NCBI GenBank assembly: GCA_964035545.1
Contig: OZ037772.1
Span: 186,001 to 250,000 of the forward strand
Direction of reading: 5' to 3'
Origin: Bugula neritina
Lineage: Eukaryota; Animalia; Bryozoa
DNA: 64,000 nucleotides
Below the pieces are notes generated by a model. It made no database searches. It saw nothing but the letters and a program-made list of their open reading frames with translations, and was not told where the DNA came from. Both the position numbers and the translations under genes were made by a program. Positions 13,854 through 26,969 of the stretch are shown here, in pieces; within the stretch, counting starts at the first letter, position 1, and every line of letters starts with the position of its first letter.

Positions 13854-14144
13854 TGTATACTGCAGGTAGTAGAATCAGGCAAGCTAAAGATCATACCAGA
13901 CTATCATACAGTCACTTGGTACAAATGGCTGAGGAACTCCAGGGACTGGTGTATCTCCAGACAGCTATGGTGGGGGGCACAGAATACCAGCCTACTTTGT
14001 GCAGATCCAGGGGCAACCTAAGGCTGAGGTATGAGTCATTCTTCATTTTGTCTTGTGTTATTTACAGAAAGCAAGTGGGTTTAGGACAGACCTAATATTC
14101 ACCACAGACTATGTTTATGTTGATAAACTATGAATTCCCTCTAA

Positions 14145-14363
14145 TGTGGCCATTTCTGAAGTGGGTGTGGCCCTTTCTGAAGTGGGTGTGGCCCTTTCTG
14201 GAGTGGGTGTGACCCTTTCTGGAGTAAGTGTGGCCCTTTCTGGAGTGGGTGTGGCCCTTTCTGGAGTGGGTGTGGCCCTTTCTTGAGTAGGTGTGGCCCT
14301 TTCTTGAGTGGGTGTGGCCCTTTCTGGAGTGGGTGTGGCCCTTTCGGGAGTGGGTGTGGCCCT
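14145..14363. repeat. 21-bp minisatellite (ccctttctggagtgggtgtgg)n
   Basis: About 10 tandem units. Confidence 0.92.
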
Positions 14364-14628
14364 TGCAGATTATTAATAAACTTACAGGACTGTTAGGCTT
14401 AAAATTACAAAGGAAATAGCTAATGAAACTGAGTTTTAATATAGTCATTTGAACTCAATTTAAATTCTCCCATTTTTTTTACCTTCTTCTGCATATAATT
14501 GAGTTTTCTTAATCATTGTACTGAAAGTCAAAGTTTTGGCATCTGAAAAGGCGGCTATCATGATTATTTAATACTTTGCTTAGTAATTATCAATAAGTTA
14601 TCATTTTTATTAGCAGACAACATTGTAT

Positions 14629-14813
14629 CACACAGTCTTTTTCTACTTCTCAGATCGATCTGGTGTCTTTCCATGGTCTTATTGACATGAGATTGATCTG
14701 AGTTCGAGCTCCACAGACCGACCAGCTCAGATCGACGGAGATCGATCTTTGGCGTCTTTCCATGGATCGATCTCGCTGAGATCGATCTGAGATCGGTACA
14801 TGGAAAGCCGGTG
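14629..14813. mobile_element. MITE remnant with GATCGATC sub-repeats
   Basis: Right end catggaaagccggtg|ata resembles the atggaaacgcagtg|ata terminus at 25184. The left end is degenerate. Confidence 0.5.
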
Positions 14814-14942
14814 ATAGTCTGGTGACCTCTTGACCTCTATATATTTTACATAGTTTAGTGACCTTTTAACCTCTATATATTTTACATAGTTTAGTGACAA
14901 CAACTACTGGGTGACTGGCAGATCCTATGAAGAAGCGCTGTC

Positions 14943-15075
14943 ATACTACTACTACTACTACTACTAGTACTACTACTACTACTACTACTACTACTAGTAC
15001 TACTACTACTACTACTACTACTAGTACTACTACTACTACTACTACTAGTACTACTACTACTACTACTACTACTAG

Positions 15076-15110
<35 letters not shown>

Positions 15111-15111
15111 G

Positions 15112-15143
<32 letters not shown>

Positions 15144-15249
15144 GTACTACTACTACTACTACTACTAGTACTACTACTAGTACTACTACTACTACTAGTA
15201 CTCCCATTACTACTGCTACCGCTACCGCCATCACCACCACCACTACTTC

Positions 15250-15296
<47 letters not shown>
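14943..15296. repeat. (ACT)n tract followed by its reverse complement (AGT)n
   Basis: Trinucleotide microsatellites seen directly; begins where the last VARS exon breaks off. Confidence 0.95.
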
Positions 15297-17016
15297 TAAT
15301 AATTAGTAGTTGAACTTAGCATTAGGCGTTAGTTAGTCTTAATATCAGTATTACAATTACTGAGAATGAAGATGAGACTGAATGGCACATTAGCTATTAG
15401 TGTCAGTAGGACTATAAGTTAACTATAACATTAAGTCATCAACTAATAATCACAATGACTCAGTAAGTAAGTTTGAGACCGAGTCACTGGTATTAGTACT
15501 TCATTTTCAGTCACTGGAGTAACTGGTGGAAAATTTCCAGACACCAAGAAGAACCTAGTGAATGATGTCATCATGCGGTGACCTCAGCTCAGGCCAGACT
15601 CGTTAAGATGGAACTGCAGGGGAACCCGGACTGGTTTCCGTTACAAAGAAACTTCTAGTAACTCACTAACTATAAGTTGATATTCATGCTACATGTGATG
15701 CTAAGAGGAATAATATAATTTAATATTTCCTTCAAACACAAGTTTTTATATATATAAAAGATCTCTCCACACTACTCATACTAGTTGATATGCTGAAGAA
15801 CAACGTAGTGTTTTGTTTAATTCAACTTGTATAAGCCATTGAACTTCAGCAGCTCCAGTTGTTATGTGTATTGAGATATTTTGTGTAGTGAATGAATATT
15901 GATGTACTGTATGTCATGTTATAACAGGTTGCTATATTGTGTGCTATAGCAGGTTTTTATAGTTGGTTATTCTCTTGTTAAAGTAAAGAACATTCATGTG
16001 ATGTAGAATCATGACTCTGATAGCTGGAATATAAACTGTATGTAGAGGAGATTGAATATGGAGTCTGCACAATGTATTGATTTGGTAGAGGAGAATAATT
16101 TGATGATTAGTGAGGAACAGTTAAGAGGTTTCACTAGGATAATGTTACAGTTGAATAATATAGTTTGATAATTTCATTGAATAGTGAAGATGCTGCTAGT
16201 TGATTGGTTAAGTTTCTCATACAGATATCCCAGATGACATATTGCAGAGATTTTGTATATTATGTTATTATATCGAAAGGACAACTCCATGCACACACTT
16301 TAACTAGAGGACATGATGCATTTTGCAGCATGCAGATCAACTAGTGTGATGGTGCCATCGTGATGGCCAATCAGTGACTGTTAATAATTAGTAGTAGGCG
16401 GAGCTGAATACTTGTAGTGGGCCCTAGTCTATTTGACTAGCAGGCAGAGAGCACTTGGAATTGTTATTGTAAAGTCTTGTATATTCTCTCTCTTATTATG
16501 GAACGTGTTTTTGATAGTTGTACAGTTTTATTAGTATCTTGAAATAAATAGAATAAAGTGTTAGCAATCACAAACCTGGTGAAATAGCTTTGCCTAAATA
16601 GACCCTATAATAACAAGTAAAGCATAAATTCACAATAATATTCCACCCCCACCCCTTGCATGAGGATAGTTTAATTAAGTGAACTTACATCAACAAACTG
16701 TACAGTAAAAAGGGTGAAGTTGGGTAATAAGATCAATACTCAACACATTAACTTTCAACAGAATAAATCAACTGTTAGATTTTTCACTTAGCTCTGATGT
16801 AACTAGATATTCTAGGTGCAAATCCTACACAGTAAACTCTGTGAACAGTTCATATTGGTTCATCAAGCTTACCTTCAAGTGAAAATATATTATTGTGTCA
16901 AAATGTGAATTCCTTGCTTGACTTTTAATGCTATTTTCACATTTCATATGTATTATATTCATGTAAATCTCAACAAGTTAAATTAGTTGAATCTTGTAAG
17001 TTGTGCTGTTAGCAAG

Positions 17017-17555
17017 ACTATTGAGGCCAAACAAGGTAGTGTACCATCTATACTATTGAGGCCAAACAAGGTAGTGTACCATCTATACTATTGAGGCCAA
17101 ACAAGGTAGTCTACCATCAACACTATTGAGGCCAAACAAAGTAGTATACCATCAATACTATTGAGGCCAAACAAGGTAGTATACCATCAATACTATTGAG
17201 GCCAAACAAGGTAGTCTACCACCAATACTATTGAGGCCAAACAAGGTAGTATACCATCAATACTATTGAGGCCAAACAAGGTAATGTACCATCTATAATA
17301 TTAAGGCCAGACAAGGTAGTGTACCATCAATACTAGTGAGGCTAAACAAGGTAGTCTACCATCAATACTATTGAGGCCAAACAAGGTGATATACCATCTA
17401 TAATATTAAGGCCAGACAAGGTAGTGTACCATCAATACTAGTGAGGCTAAACAAGGTAGTCTACCATCAATACTATTGAGGCCAAACAAGGTAGTATACT
17501 ATCAATACTATTGAGGCCAAACAAGGTAGTGTACCATCAATACTATGGAGACCAA
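17017..17555. repeat. 35-bp minisatellite (tactattgaggccaaacaaggtagtgtaccatcaa)n
   Basis: About 15 tandem units without unique spacers. Confidence 0.95.
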
Positions 17556-18269
17556 ATGACAACAAGCTGTACTATTATATTCAAGATGAACTGGAACCTA
17601 CTGAAAAAGTTTCTGTTAGTCATTACAACTTGTCTGTGCACACAAGGTATTTCTACCAGGTGAATGGGGAACATGTCATAATTAAACTGCAACCAATTGA
17701 ACTAAACTCATCAAATTACACACAGTTTACAAAACAGCTGTATCATAGACAGCTCATGTGTAGAGTAATACAGTGTTTATATCTAGTTGATTGCCTTATA
17801 TATTATTTATCAGATTCCTGATTGCATGACAAGAAACAATTTGATTGGCTACTCAATGCTGTTGTACACAGCAATGGAATGTATATTATTATGAATGGTT
17901 GGAATAAATTTACTTAGTCATGTTGGAGGTACTTGCACCTGCATGTCAATTCAGTGAATAAATTCTCCCACAAACAAGTCATTTACAGTTACTGCTCCAG
18001 TATAGATTATTTTTACTAACCAAACTCAACTTGAACTAAAGCTAATAAGGCATGAAAACAGACTATATTTTCACTAACAAATAAACTTTATTAGATAGTA
18101 AAATAGCAACAAATATTTGATACAGTAAAACATCTCATATCCAACTATAAATACAGAGTGTGTGTATTGATGAGTTGTAATGAATATAATTATGTTGATG
18201 ACAAATATTATCCATTTTATCTCTCAGTACCTCACTGAGCTGATTATTAGTAAACTGTAGCTGATAAGC

Positions 18270-21200
18270 TTAGTATTTTATTGTGTATCTCCTCAGTCCA
18301 TCTCTACATGCTAGAAACACTGTGTCTCTGTTATACGCAGCAATGTCCCCCACCCAGCCACTCACACCAAGACTTTCTCTGGGAACAGTAAGCACCAGTT
18401 GACCTGTAAATAATAGCATCATATTGTATCAGTTGGTGTGTATTGAGAGAAACAGACAGACTGCCTTTAAAGATGGAACTAAGCAGGTTACATGCATGAA
18501 GTAAATATTCAAACAGCAGAAAATAGTGTCTCCTTATACAACTGTATTGACCTTGACCCACAAACTTAGCCTGTGGCTCTGAGCAAGAACACACCCACAT
18601 GTCTACTTCTAATAATACTGCAGCTACTCCAACATTATCACATATTAAATACTTGACAAGAACCAACCACAGCCACCTGAGTCCCACCAGCAAACACTGC
18701 TCTACCAGCCATCATCAAATTACAATAGTCTCAGCAATGGCAGTCAAAAAGTATCAAATTATTTACATTTAAATTATCTGATGACCAAAACAACAGCAGC
18801 ACTAGACTGAAGCCAAACTACAACTTATAACTCATGTGTAGCTGGCAGTCTGTACAGTTGTTAGACTGAGCACCTCTAAAATTACTGTAAAACACTTGCA
18901 TAGTATACTAACTAGACACGCTGATAGGTGGGTTTGAACCCCTTGCAGCACCAACTCACTTAGCAGTGCGGAGTCCCTATCCTCTACACTACCAGGTGAA
19001 CCCTTGAAAAGGAAGACTGAATAGAGAGTTTACTAAGAGCTCACTGCACACTACACAGAGTACACCTTAAACCTATACAGTATAATATACACTTCTACCT
19101 GTGCTTACATCCTGCATGTTACTGCAGCTGGAAATAAACTTATTGCAGGGAGGCAGTATTATTCACTAATATTATTATTAGCTACAAGTCATGTGATGAA
19201 GAATATAGCATCTACTATCAGCATGTTACAGTCTTTATTACATAACTTTTAGCTGAAAATAACATCAGTGACTTGATAAATACTAACAATATCATAATAT
19301 ATCTTATGAGTGGAAGTTGTTTACTGTTAATTATTAAAATATATTATTTACTACAACATAATTATATATAAAATAACTAAACTTACTATAATAAACAGAG
19401 TATTTACCTTCAAGTGAGAGGATGAGGAGAGGTCCTTCCCATGTACAGATGTGAATCAGTTCAGATGTTGGATCAAAGGAAATACCAGATGGTTCTGAGA
19501 TGTGAGGGAACTCCCACATTAGAGTGAGAGTTGTGTTCTCCACTTTATATCTTCTCACTGCACCATCTTCAGTGTGGTCTCCTATGAGGAGAGTTGAGTC
19601 TGGGAGGATGCATACAGGTCGAGGGTCCTTCATCTCAGGAAGTGGGAACTTCTGTATTTTATTGTCAACTAGGTTACAGACTACCAGCTGTTTCTCTCTC
19701 TTGTCTACAATACAGAGCAGTGAGTCGTGCTGAGCTATTCTATAGGTTGTGGGTTTATCTACTGAATGCTTGTAGAGAGAGCGAGTCTTCTCAAAGGAGT
19801 TCGGATCAAGAAGTGAGACTTCAGCTGTTCTCTCCTCTCTGTTATACGAGCTGCCAACCATCACCCCTTCAGGTTGGATTATCTCCCCCCACCATGTAGT
19901 GTTGGTGTGTTTCACTGAGCTGATAGTATGCAGAGTGTCTGTATTTATTACTTCTACAGCTTCTCGTGTCCAACACATCAGATGTCCATCAGCTGAGATG
20001 TTTACTGTCCAACACAAGTCACGTACAGGAAGTCCATCAGACTGGAGAGAAGATGGTGGCTGCAGCAGCTTCAGTCCCAGACTGTCTTCACTGTCTGCAA
20101 CAACAAAATAACAATTCTATAACTTGAGAATCTCATCACCTGAGGAGGTGGGAACAGCTTTTCAAACTTAAAATAAAAAGATGTTTTAAATACAAGCAGT
20201 CTGTAGTTACTACAAGTTGCTACGTGATGCACAGGTCTAAGTGAGAATATCTTGTTAATACTGACAGCAGGTAGTCAGCATAACACAGTTTAGCAGCTCA
20301 CTTATACATCATAAACTCTGAAACACTGCAGAAATGTCTCATAATGTGAGAGTAGAACAAAACTCAATTCTCTAATAAATAAACTCTATCTACTTATTCT
20401 ACTATTTAAATATTCAGTGAAAGCAACTCACATGATTACAAGCAGAAAGTTATTTATAGTTAGTGTTACTATTTATAGACTCCACCTACATGTTGGTACC
20501 AAGATGGTGTCTGGAAGTACACACTTCTCTATTACACCAATATCTGTAGCCTTTTCCACCTTCTCACTCATCTCTTTGTAGTCTCTCACAATCCCTGCAT
20601 CATTGAACTTATCAACTGCATGTTGTACTGTGTCCAGCAGAGACTGTCTGCCCATTGTCTTACTCAAGGCCAGCTCTATTCTATAATTATCCACTATCTG
20701 TGTGCAGCTCTTCAAATATCCATATATTTCTAGCCTCAGGTTTGTAGCTCTCTTTCTAATCTCTTCTATCTAATAAATAGTAACACAGTGTAACCACATC
20801 TGCACCTCACAACCTCTGCACTCGAAATGAAAGTGACAGATCACCCACTGAGTGGACAATGACTCAGTCACGTGACACTCTATACACAGCAGAGAGCTAG
20901 TACATCACGTGACTAGTCTCCTCCTCCTGACACCTGTCAATCACTCACACAGCCAACCTCTCTGTGTGAGTGATTGACAGTTGCAGAAGGATGAGTGAGT
21001 CACCTGTATTGACAGGTTCCTCTGCACTGAGTAACATGTGATGAATGACTACTGCTACTTGTTCACAGAATGATAATACTTTAATGGCCAGTTAATTCTA
21101 GTGGCAAATGAAATTCATTTCTATTTACAACTCAAAGACCAGATGCAAAACCTAATTTCAGACAAACAGAAATAATATTACATGACATCACCATGTCAGC

Positions 21201-24200
21201 ATACCTGAGCGTCAGCTACAGCGTTTACTCTGGCAACCATCTTCTTCACTTCATCTTCTATTTTACTCAGTTCTTTCCAGGCATCCTTTGAGATGGCATT
21301 CAACTCTGCAACTTTCTCAGACAGAGTCTCTATTCCACCAGTCAGACTTTCTCGTAACTCACAAGACAAATCACTCAAAGATGCCAAGTCATGGGATGCT
21401 ACTGTCTCCTCTGTATACATAATATGACACGATTCATAAAAGCATTTTTAGATATGATATTGTACTTATTCTACACCTACTATACTTCTAACTACAGGTT
21501 GATGATGTATCACTACACACATACTATGTAATAACTAGACAGTTGGTTGGACTAGAAATATTTCACAGTTTAGCTCATTAATTGCTGCACTTGGAATAAT
21601 ATAATTGAAAATGTTAGAGCAGTGACTCCCAACCTTGGGGGATTCCCCTTGCAGGGAATTCGGGCTTTTCAGGGGTTTTCATTTCTAAAATTTCACAGAG
21701 TTTGTTATCAGCTTTTTGAGCTCTTGCCTTGTGTTCCAGGTTACATGAATATGTATAATTATAACTCCTTCATTTTATGTAGTTCATTTATTTATCCACA
21801 CTACACTCTATAATCTAAGTTTACTTCTACATCCATGTGTCTAATATTCACTCTACTCTAGCTGCTACCCCTCCTACTACAAATGGAGGCTAAAAGGTTT
21901 ATTGAAAGTAAAAACCAACAGGAAGTTTTTGCAGCCAGTCAAACTGATCTCCATAAACTACTTACTGCATACCTATGGTATATATATTTGCTGTACTAAA
22001 AACTCTGAACCTAAAATGAATGATTATAATCATCAACTCACTGCTTTTAATAGCAGCATCAATGCTTTCAAAGCTGAACTGAAGCTGTGGCAGACGCTGG
22101 TCCATGTCAAATACAAAGTGCTTTTTTCTACACTCAATGAATTATTAGGAAAACAACCTGTCCCAGATTTTCTTTATAAATGAAATTACAATTTTATCAA
22201 AGAGGCGGAAACTTATAAGAAAACATTTATAAAAAGAGGGAGGGTATAAAAAAGGTGGGACACCACTGAGTTAAAGCTATGCCTATACCATCTTATCAAG
22301 GAAACAGACACTTGAAGGATGAAATATACTAAATATTCAACATAACAGTGAGAATATAAACTCCTGCACTATTCACTTCTGTCTCACACAAACCTTAATG
22401 CTGTCAAACTTACTTCCTCTTTTACTGTTACATAACTCACTTTAATAATAAAATAATAAATAACAGGTTCTTGTAACATTTCTCAGTTTCTCTCTACAGA
22501 AATAGAAACAGCAAGTAAATACCTGTCTCATCCTTACAGCCAGTCCTCATATCACATCTCATACAGAATATCTGGTGACACTTGGAACACACTTCTGTCA
22601 GCTGTTCCTCTTTATGATGTTCACATTCAGTTATAGTATATCTTTGGGGAGAAGCTCTGTAGACCTCAATGTCAATAAACTGATGTCTATCTCCCATCAG
22701 CTCTCTGTGAGTCTGTATAATAAAGGTCAACAGTTTAGTTGGTTGTATTTTCACCAACAAGTCTGTCATAGTTGACTCACTGCACTGTGAAACTGTGTGT
22801 TTAGTATAAAAAGTCACACAGACTCAACATTTCTTTTCAATAATATTCTACACACAAACCAGAACAGGTTTAGTAACCAATCTTGAGAAATGATATAAGA
22901 AAGACTCACTTCTTGATGCTGCTGACACAACTTTTTTTGACTCTCAAGACAAAACACAGCAGCTTGTGTTCCACCTTTACACACATCGCAGGGAATGGGT
23001 GCAGGTTTGGGTGGAGACTTGTATTCTAAGGGGTCTCCATGCTGAGCTACTGGTAGTGTTGTGGGATCTGTGATGTCATAGTGATCTTTCCTACAATATA
23101 TAGCAATCAGTATGTTACCTGTGTTAGCTGTGCTTAGTATATCTCCAGTAATGAAATACTCCATCCACACACACAGCTATGTCCTTGACAAATAGTCAAA
23201 TAAATACTCATCACTCATCAACACACATTCATTATATAGACCACAGGCTATCACACAAACACACTTGACTATATTATGTACCTAATATGCTGGAAAATAG
23301 TCACTCATGACAAAGAACTGCTACTCAACAAATAGACTCAACTGTAACTTGTATTGTAAAATGACAAGACAAATTACTAGTTAACTACTGAGTGGAGGCC
23401 ACATTGTCAATAATTATTCACTTTTGTTGCAAGTTTGTGCAATGCAGCTAATTACTGAGGAGTGAATTCTGAGGAGCCAATACTACAACATACTACAACT
23501 ATTCCCTGCCACTCTTAGCCTAGGGCCACACTGTGCGTATTTTCGCATGCGAAAATTAAAATCACGGGTAGCAAAGGTGTCCACTGTAGCGTCAGTGATG
23601 CGTGATAAATAAAGCTTTCATTTTTAAATCGCACTTGCTTTCAATAAAACGCAATTTACTGGAATATAGCACTAAATAAAGAAATTGGACTCGCTGAATA
23701 ACTACCAGCCAATTAGGTGACGACGACAGAGACGATTCGCACTTGCGTTGAAAATGCAGAGCGACAAGTGCGAAGGTTTTCTCAACGCGCACAGTGGACA
23801 CCTTTGCTACTTGTGATTTCAATTTTCGCATGCGAAAATACGCACCGTGTGGCCCTAGGCTAACTGCTAGGAGTGGTGCGAAACTGTCATTTCATCATCC
23901 TTGGCAATGTGTCAAGAGCTAGTGCACCGTGAGTGCGTGTCACGTGTGAGTGTTGCCTATCTCGTGCAGCTATCATAAGAAGAGTGAGTCATACACTGCG
24001 TTTCCATTATCGCATTATGCGAATGGATTTTCTCATTCGCTCTATGGAAACAGTTGCATCGAAGCAAAACCGCAGCCGGAAATTACACCGAACGGCTCCT
24101 TCGATAAAAAATTTTCCTTCGCATTATGCGCATCATGGAAATGGTTCCTTCGGTTAAATCGAATGAAACCTTTTGTGCTGGAGGCAGAGATCAGCATTTG

Positions 24201-26969
24201 TGGCGGCTAGTTACATAGTTACGCGATGCTAACAATAATTATAGGTTACAACCTACGCTAAAGTGTACTTCGACTTTTAAAAATTTAAATTATTTTATTT
24301 ATCCTAGCTGCTATTATTTAAAATAATTACTAATCATCTTAAATTTATAAAACTATTCTGCAAGCCAAAGCTTTCTCAAGCTAAAAATAAGTTGACAGCT
24401 AATTTCATTTTGAAAATTTAAATTACTTTTAAGTTGCGTTTATACCTCTGCTGAAAAAAGTACCGAGTTTAAGTTAATAATGCTTGTCCGGGTACCCCTT
24501 TATAGTCAAACTGAAACTCGTTGAAATCATATTGATGCGGTTGCTCACTTTCTGAAATTGAAATTTGACTCGCATAATAGCTATTTGATGCCCTTTGTAA
24601 ACGTCGTGAATTAGTGAAGCGGAAAGCATAAAAGCTATTATTGAGAAAGCGTAGGCTATATAATTATAACCGTATAAGTACGTTGTCTAATCGCCAAAGT
24701 AATAACTAAATAACGATGTTTACAAGGAGTTATTACTCCTATTCTAAAATTGGCCGATTAAGTTATCACAGTACAAAAATTTCAACGAGTGGCTTTTACA
24801 ATGCAATGCAACTAGGAGAAATTTCAACCCGGCCAAATTGAAATTTTGACCGAAAATAGTGAAGGTATAAACGCAACTTTAAGCTTTTGTTTATCGATCA
24901 AGAAATACGTTATGCTTTCATTGGTTTATAGTTTAAATAAACTGACTCAAAGTTTGTGTATTTAGTTGATTTAATCTATCAAAAATGGGAACAGAATTAA
25001 AAAATTGTCGTTGTGCATGAACTCAAACTCAAAGTTGGCCATATTAATTATCATTTTAGTTCGGCGTCACAGTTGCAAAGAGAAGATAACTTCGTAGGGA
25101 TTGCATAGGAACGTGTGGTTTTTCCTTCGATGTAATCCGTACGGGCATCCGTACGCATTCATTCGCCTTCATGGAAACGCAGTGATAGGATAAGTTGTAG
25201 TTAGTAATCCATTTAACTATCTTCAGTGTAGTACTACTATGTATGTGCAGCAGGTTGGGTCACAGTCTAAGTCAGAGGGGGGGGGGTTGGCATAATATAG
25301 GCTCAAATCCTCAACACTATTCATGACTCAGTACAAAGCAACACTTAATACAACTGACTGATGGTAGAAGAAGTACCAACTCATCAAAGCTAAAGGAAAC
25401 ACTCAATTCACAGATTATATTAGACATTGATTGACACCCCCATAATATTACATTGTACCAAATACAATTGTGATGGCTATCTAATATTCTATCAAAATTT
25501 CAGCCTTGAATTTAACTAAATAGGTCACAGAGTCACTGTTTCCTGTCTAAGGGACTGACTACTAATTCTCATAAGACATGCTCTTCAGTCAAATAATTTC
25601 CCAGTGACTGCTTGGCCTTGTCAATGGCTATTATGCTTTGGCAGCCCGGATGTTGGCAGAACTTTGAACAGCTAGTGGTAATAGTAGCAGCTGCTAGACT
25701 CTAGACTCTAGAGCTATGAGTCTATCGCATAAGAACTAAAGCTATTGAGCAAACTGCCATCATAAAAGTACCTCTCTCAACATTATATTAAAATAATATA
25801 ATTCTATTCCTTACAGATCACACATAACCATGGACAATAACCAGACACTCCATTCTCACTACACAATCACTACATACTAGTAAACTGTATTTTGTGCCAC
25901 AGCAACTCTGTTGTCATGACAACATCATACATGTTTCTAATTGCAGGAAAGAAGATAGTAAACACAAGTCAATCCAACACAGTGGTTCCCAACCTGGGAG
26001 AATCCCCCTATAAGAGGGAATTTGGGCTTTTAAGGGGGAGCCTGGATTTCGATTTTGAAAATTTCAAGCAGTTTGTTAAAGACTTTTGAGCTCTTGCAAG
26101 TTACATGTACATGTATATCTATAAGCATTCATCTTAGCTTATCTATTTAACCAATTCTGCCATCTCAGTCTACTTCTACATGAATGTGTTTTTAATTTCA
26201 ATATTGGGGTTGGGGTTTAAGGGTTGGGGTGGGAGGTTTGAAAGCAAGCTGACACAATGTCATCAGCTGCAGCCATAATATTAATAATTGAACTGCTCTG
26301 TGTTTTACACATGCATAATATAATTATCAGAAATAACTATATTATATTCAAATGTAATAGGAAAAATATTGCATAGTAATCTATATTATCATTATGTCAG
26401 TCATAAATTTTTTCGTTTTATAAAGGGGGGATAATTAATAGTAAACATTTATGAAAGTGGGGATGATATGAAAAAGGTTGGCCTAACAAGTCTTGTACTG
26501 TATGAGAACAAAATAATATAATGAGGAGACAACCCCAATCCCATGACATCCAACAGCACCACAATTCAACAAGAGAGGACAGCTGATGGTGCAATCTACA
26601 TAACAGTTACTTTCTCTACCTAATGAAAAGATATCCACACACTCCACAAGTTAGTAACCAGAGTCCACATAGAATATACAGTATTGTTTGCTTTTCATAG
26701 ACACAGATCAGACAACTCCTAGATGATAGTGAGAAAAGCATATGCAAGCCTATGACATGATATATTGTGTTATGTACTGTAACTCACCTACAATAAGCAC
26801 ATCTGATATGATCCTTCCTACCACCGATGTCAGTCTTCAAACATCTCATGCAGTACACATGCAGACAGGGCAGAGTTCTGGGATCTTCAAGTTTGTTGAA
26901 GTACTGCGAGCAGTACCCACAGCGATACGAATTGTTTAGTCTCTTTTTCACGACTCTGGATTCTGCCAT
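18270..26969 (-). CDS. TRIM-like E3 ligase (RING, B-box1, B-box2, coiled coil, NHL-like beta-propeller), ~619 aa; exons 26969-26788, 23090-22910, 22712-22523, 21410-21205, 20769-20490, 20094-19408, 18403-18270
   Basis: RING CGYC...LPCLHVYCMRC...CAYC; B-box CDVC...FCLES.KKLCQQH; B-box CEHH...CSKCHQIFCMRC; helical linker; propeller repeats (PRPVCILPD, PSGISFDP). Exons total 1860 nt with consistent phases and no internal stop. Confidence 0.88.
21620..22268 (+). mobile_element. hAT (Charlie-like) non-autonomous element
   Basis: Termini cagtgactcccaacct...aggtgggacaccactg with similar 8-bp flanks tgttagag/agttaaag. Internal INAFKAELKLWQ...FSTL resembles a Charlie-type transposase C-terminal segment. 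Confidence 0.65.
23517..23861. mobile_element. 345-bp MITE, copy 1 (PIF/Harbinger-like termini, unclassified)
   Basis: ~45-bp near-perfect TIRs AGCCTAGGGCCACAC.GTGCGTATTTTCGCATGCGAAAAT plus sub-terminal inverted repeats. Near-identical copy at 45908-46252. Confidence 0.92.
23994..25184. mobile_element. Non-autonomous TIR element with CACTG termini and 3-bp ATA TSD, hosting a nested MITE
   Basis: ata|CACTGCGTTTCCAT ... ATGGAAACGCAGTG|ata: 14-bp perfect TIR. Confidence 0.8.
24432..24878. mobile_element. Kolobok-like MITE nested in the CACTG element
   Basis: ttta|AGTTGCGTTTATACCT ... AGGTATAAACGCAACT|ttaa: AG..CT termini with a TTAA-like target. Confidence 0.75.
25980..26482 (+). mobile_element. 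hAT element of the same family as 21620-22268
   Basis: cagtggttcccaacctgggagaatcccc...gggaatttgggctttt and 3' gaaaaaggttgg; collinear with 21620-21840. Confidence 0.65.

Larger units (their letters stand above)
8822..14940 (+). pseudogene. VARS1: Valyl-tRNA synthetase (cytosolic VARS1-type) unprocessed pseudogene fragment; exons ~8822-8929, 9081-9207, 9575-9739, 10015-10096, 10268-10384, 10701-10854, 12264-12399, ~12890-12978, 13438-13519, 13866-14027, 14890-14940
   Basis: Motifs [30 protein letters not shown] (HIGH), [30 protein letters not shown] and [11 protein letters not shown]. Lesions: TGA at 12317 and 13478; extra G at 13972-13977; donor lost at 10385; the GDTAVAVHP..FGT segment is missing; truncated before KMSKS. 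Confidence 0.93.

Noticed and set aside
14891-15322. Poly-Thr/Ser/Val ORFs
   Set aside because: Trinucleotide microsatellite
15541-15633. Exon-like GC-richer segment after the VARS breakpoint
   Set aside because: All three frames contain stops and no similarity to VARS or another family was recognisable
17017-17555. 35-bp repeats resembling a CRISPR array
   Set aside because: Units are head-to-tail with no unique spacers, the context is eukaryotic and there are no cas genes
23592-23831. 79-aa ORF conserved in two places (also 45983-46222)
   Set aside because: Conserved only because it lies within two recent copies of a MITE; no domain features
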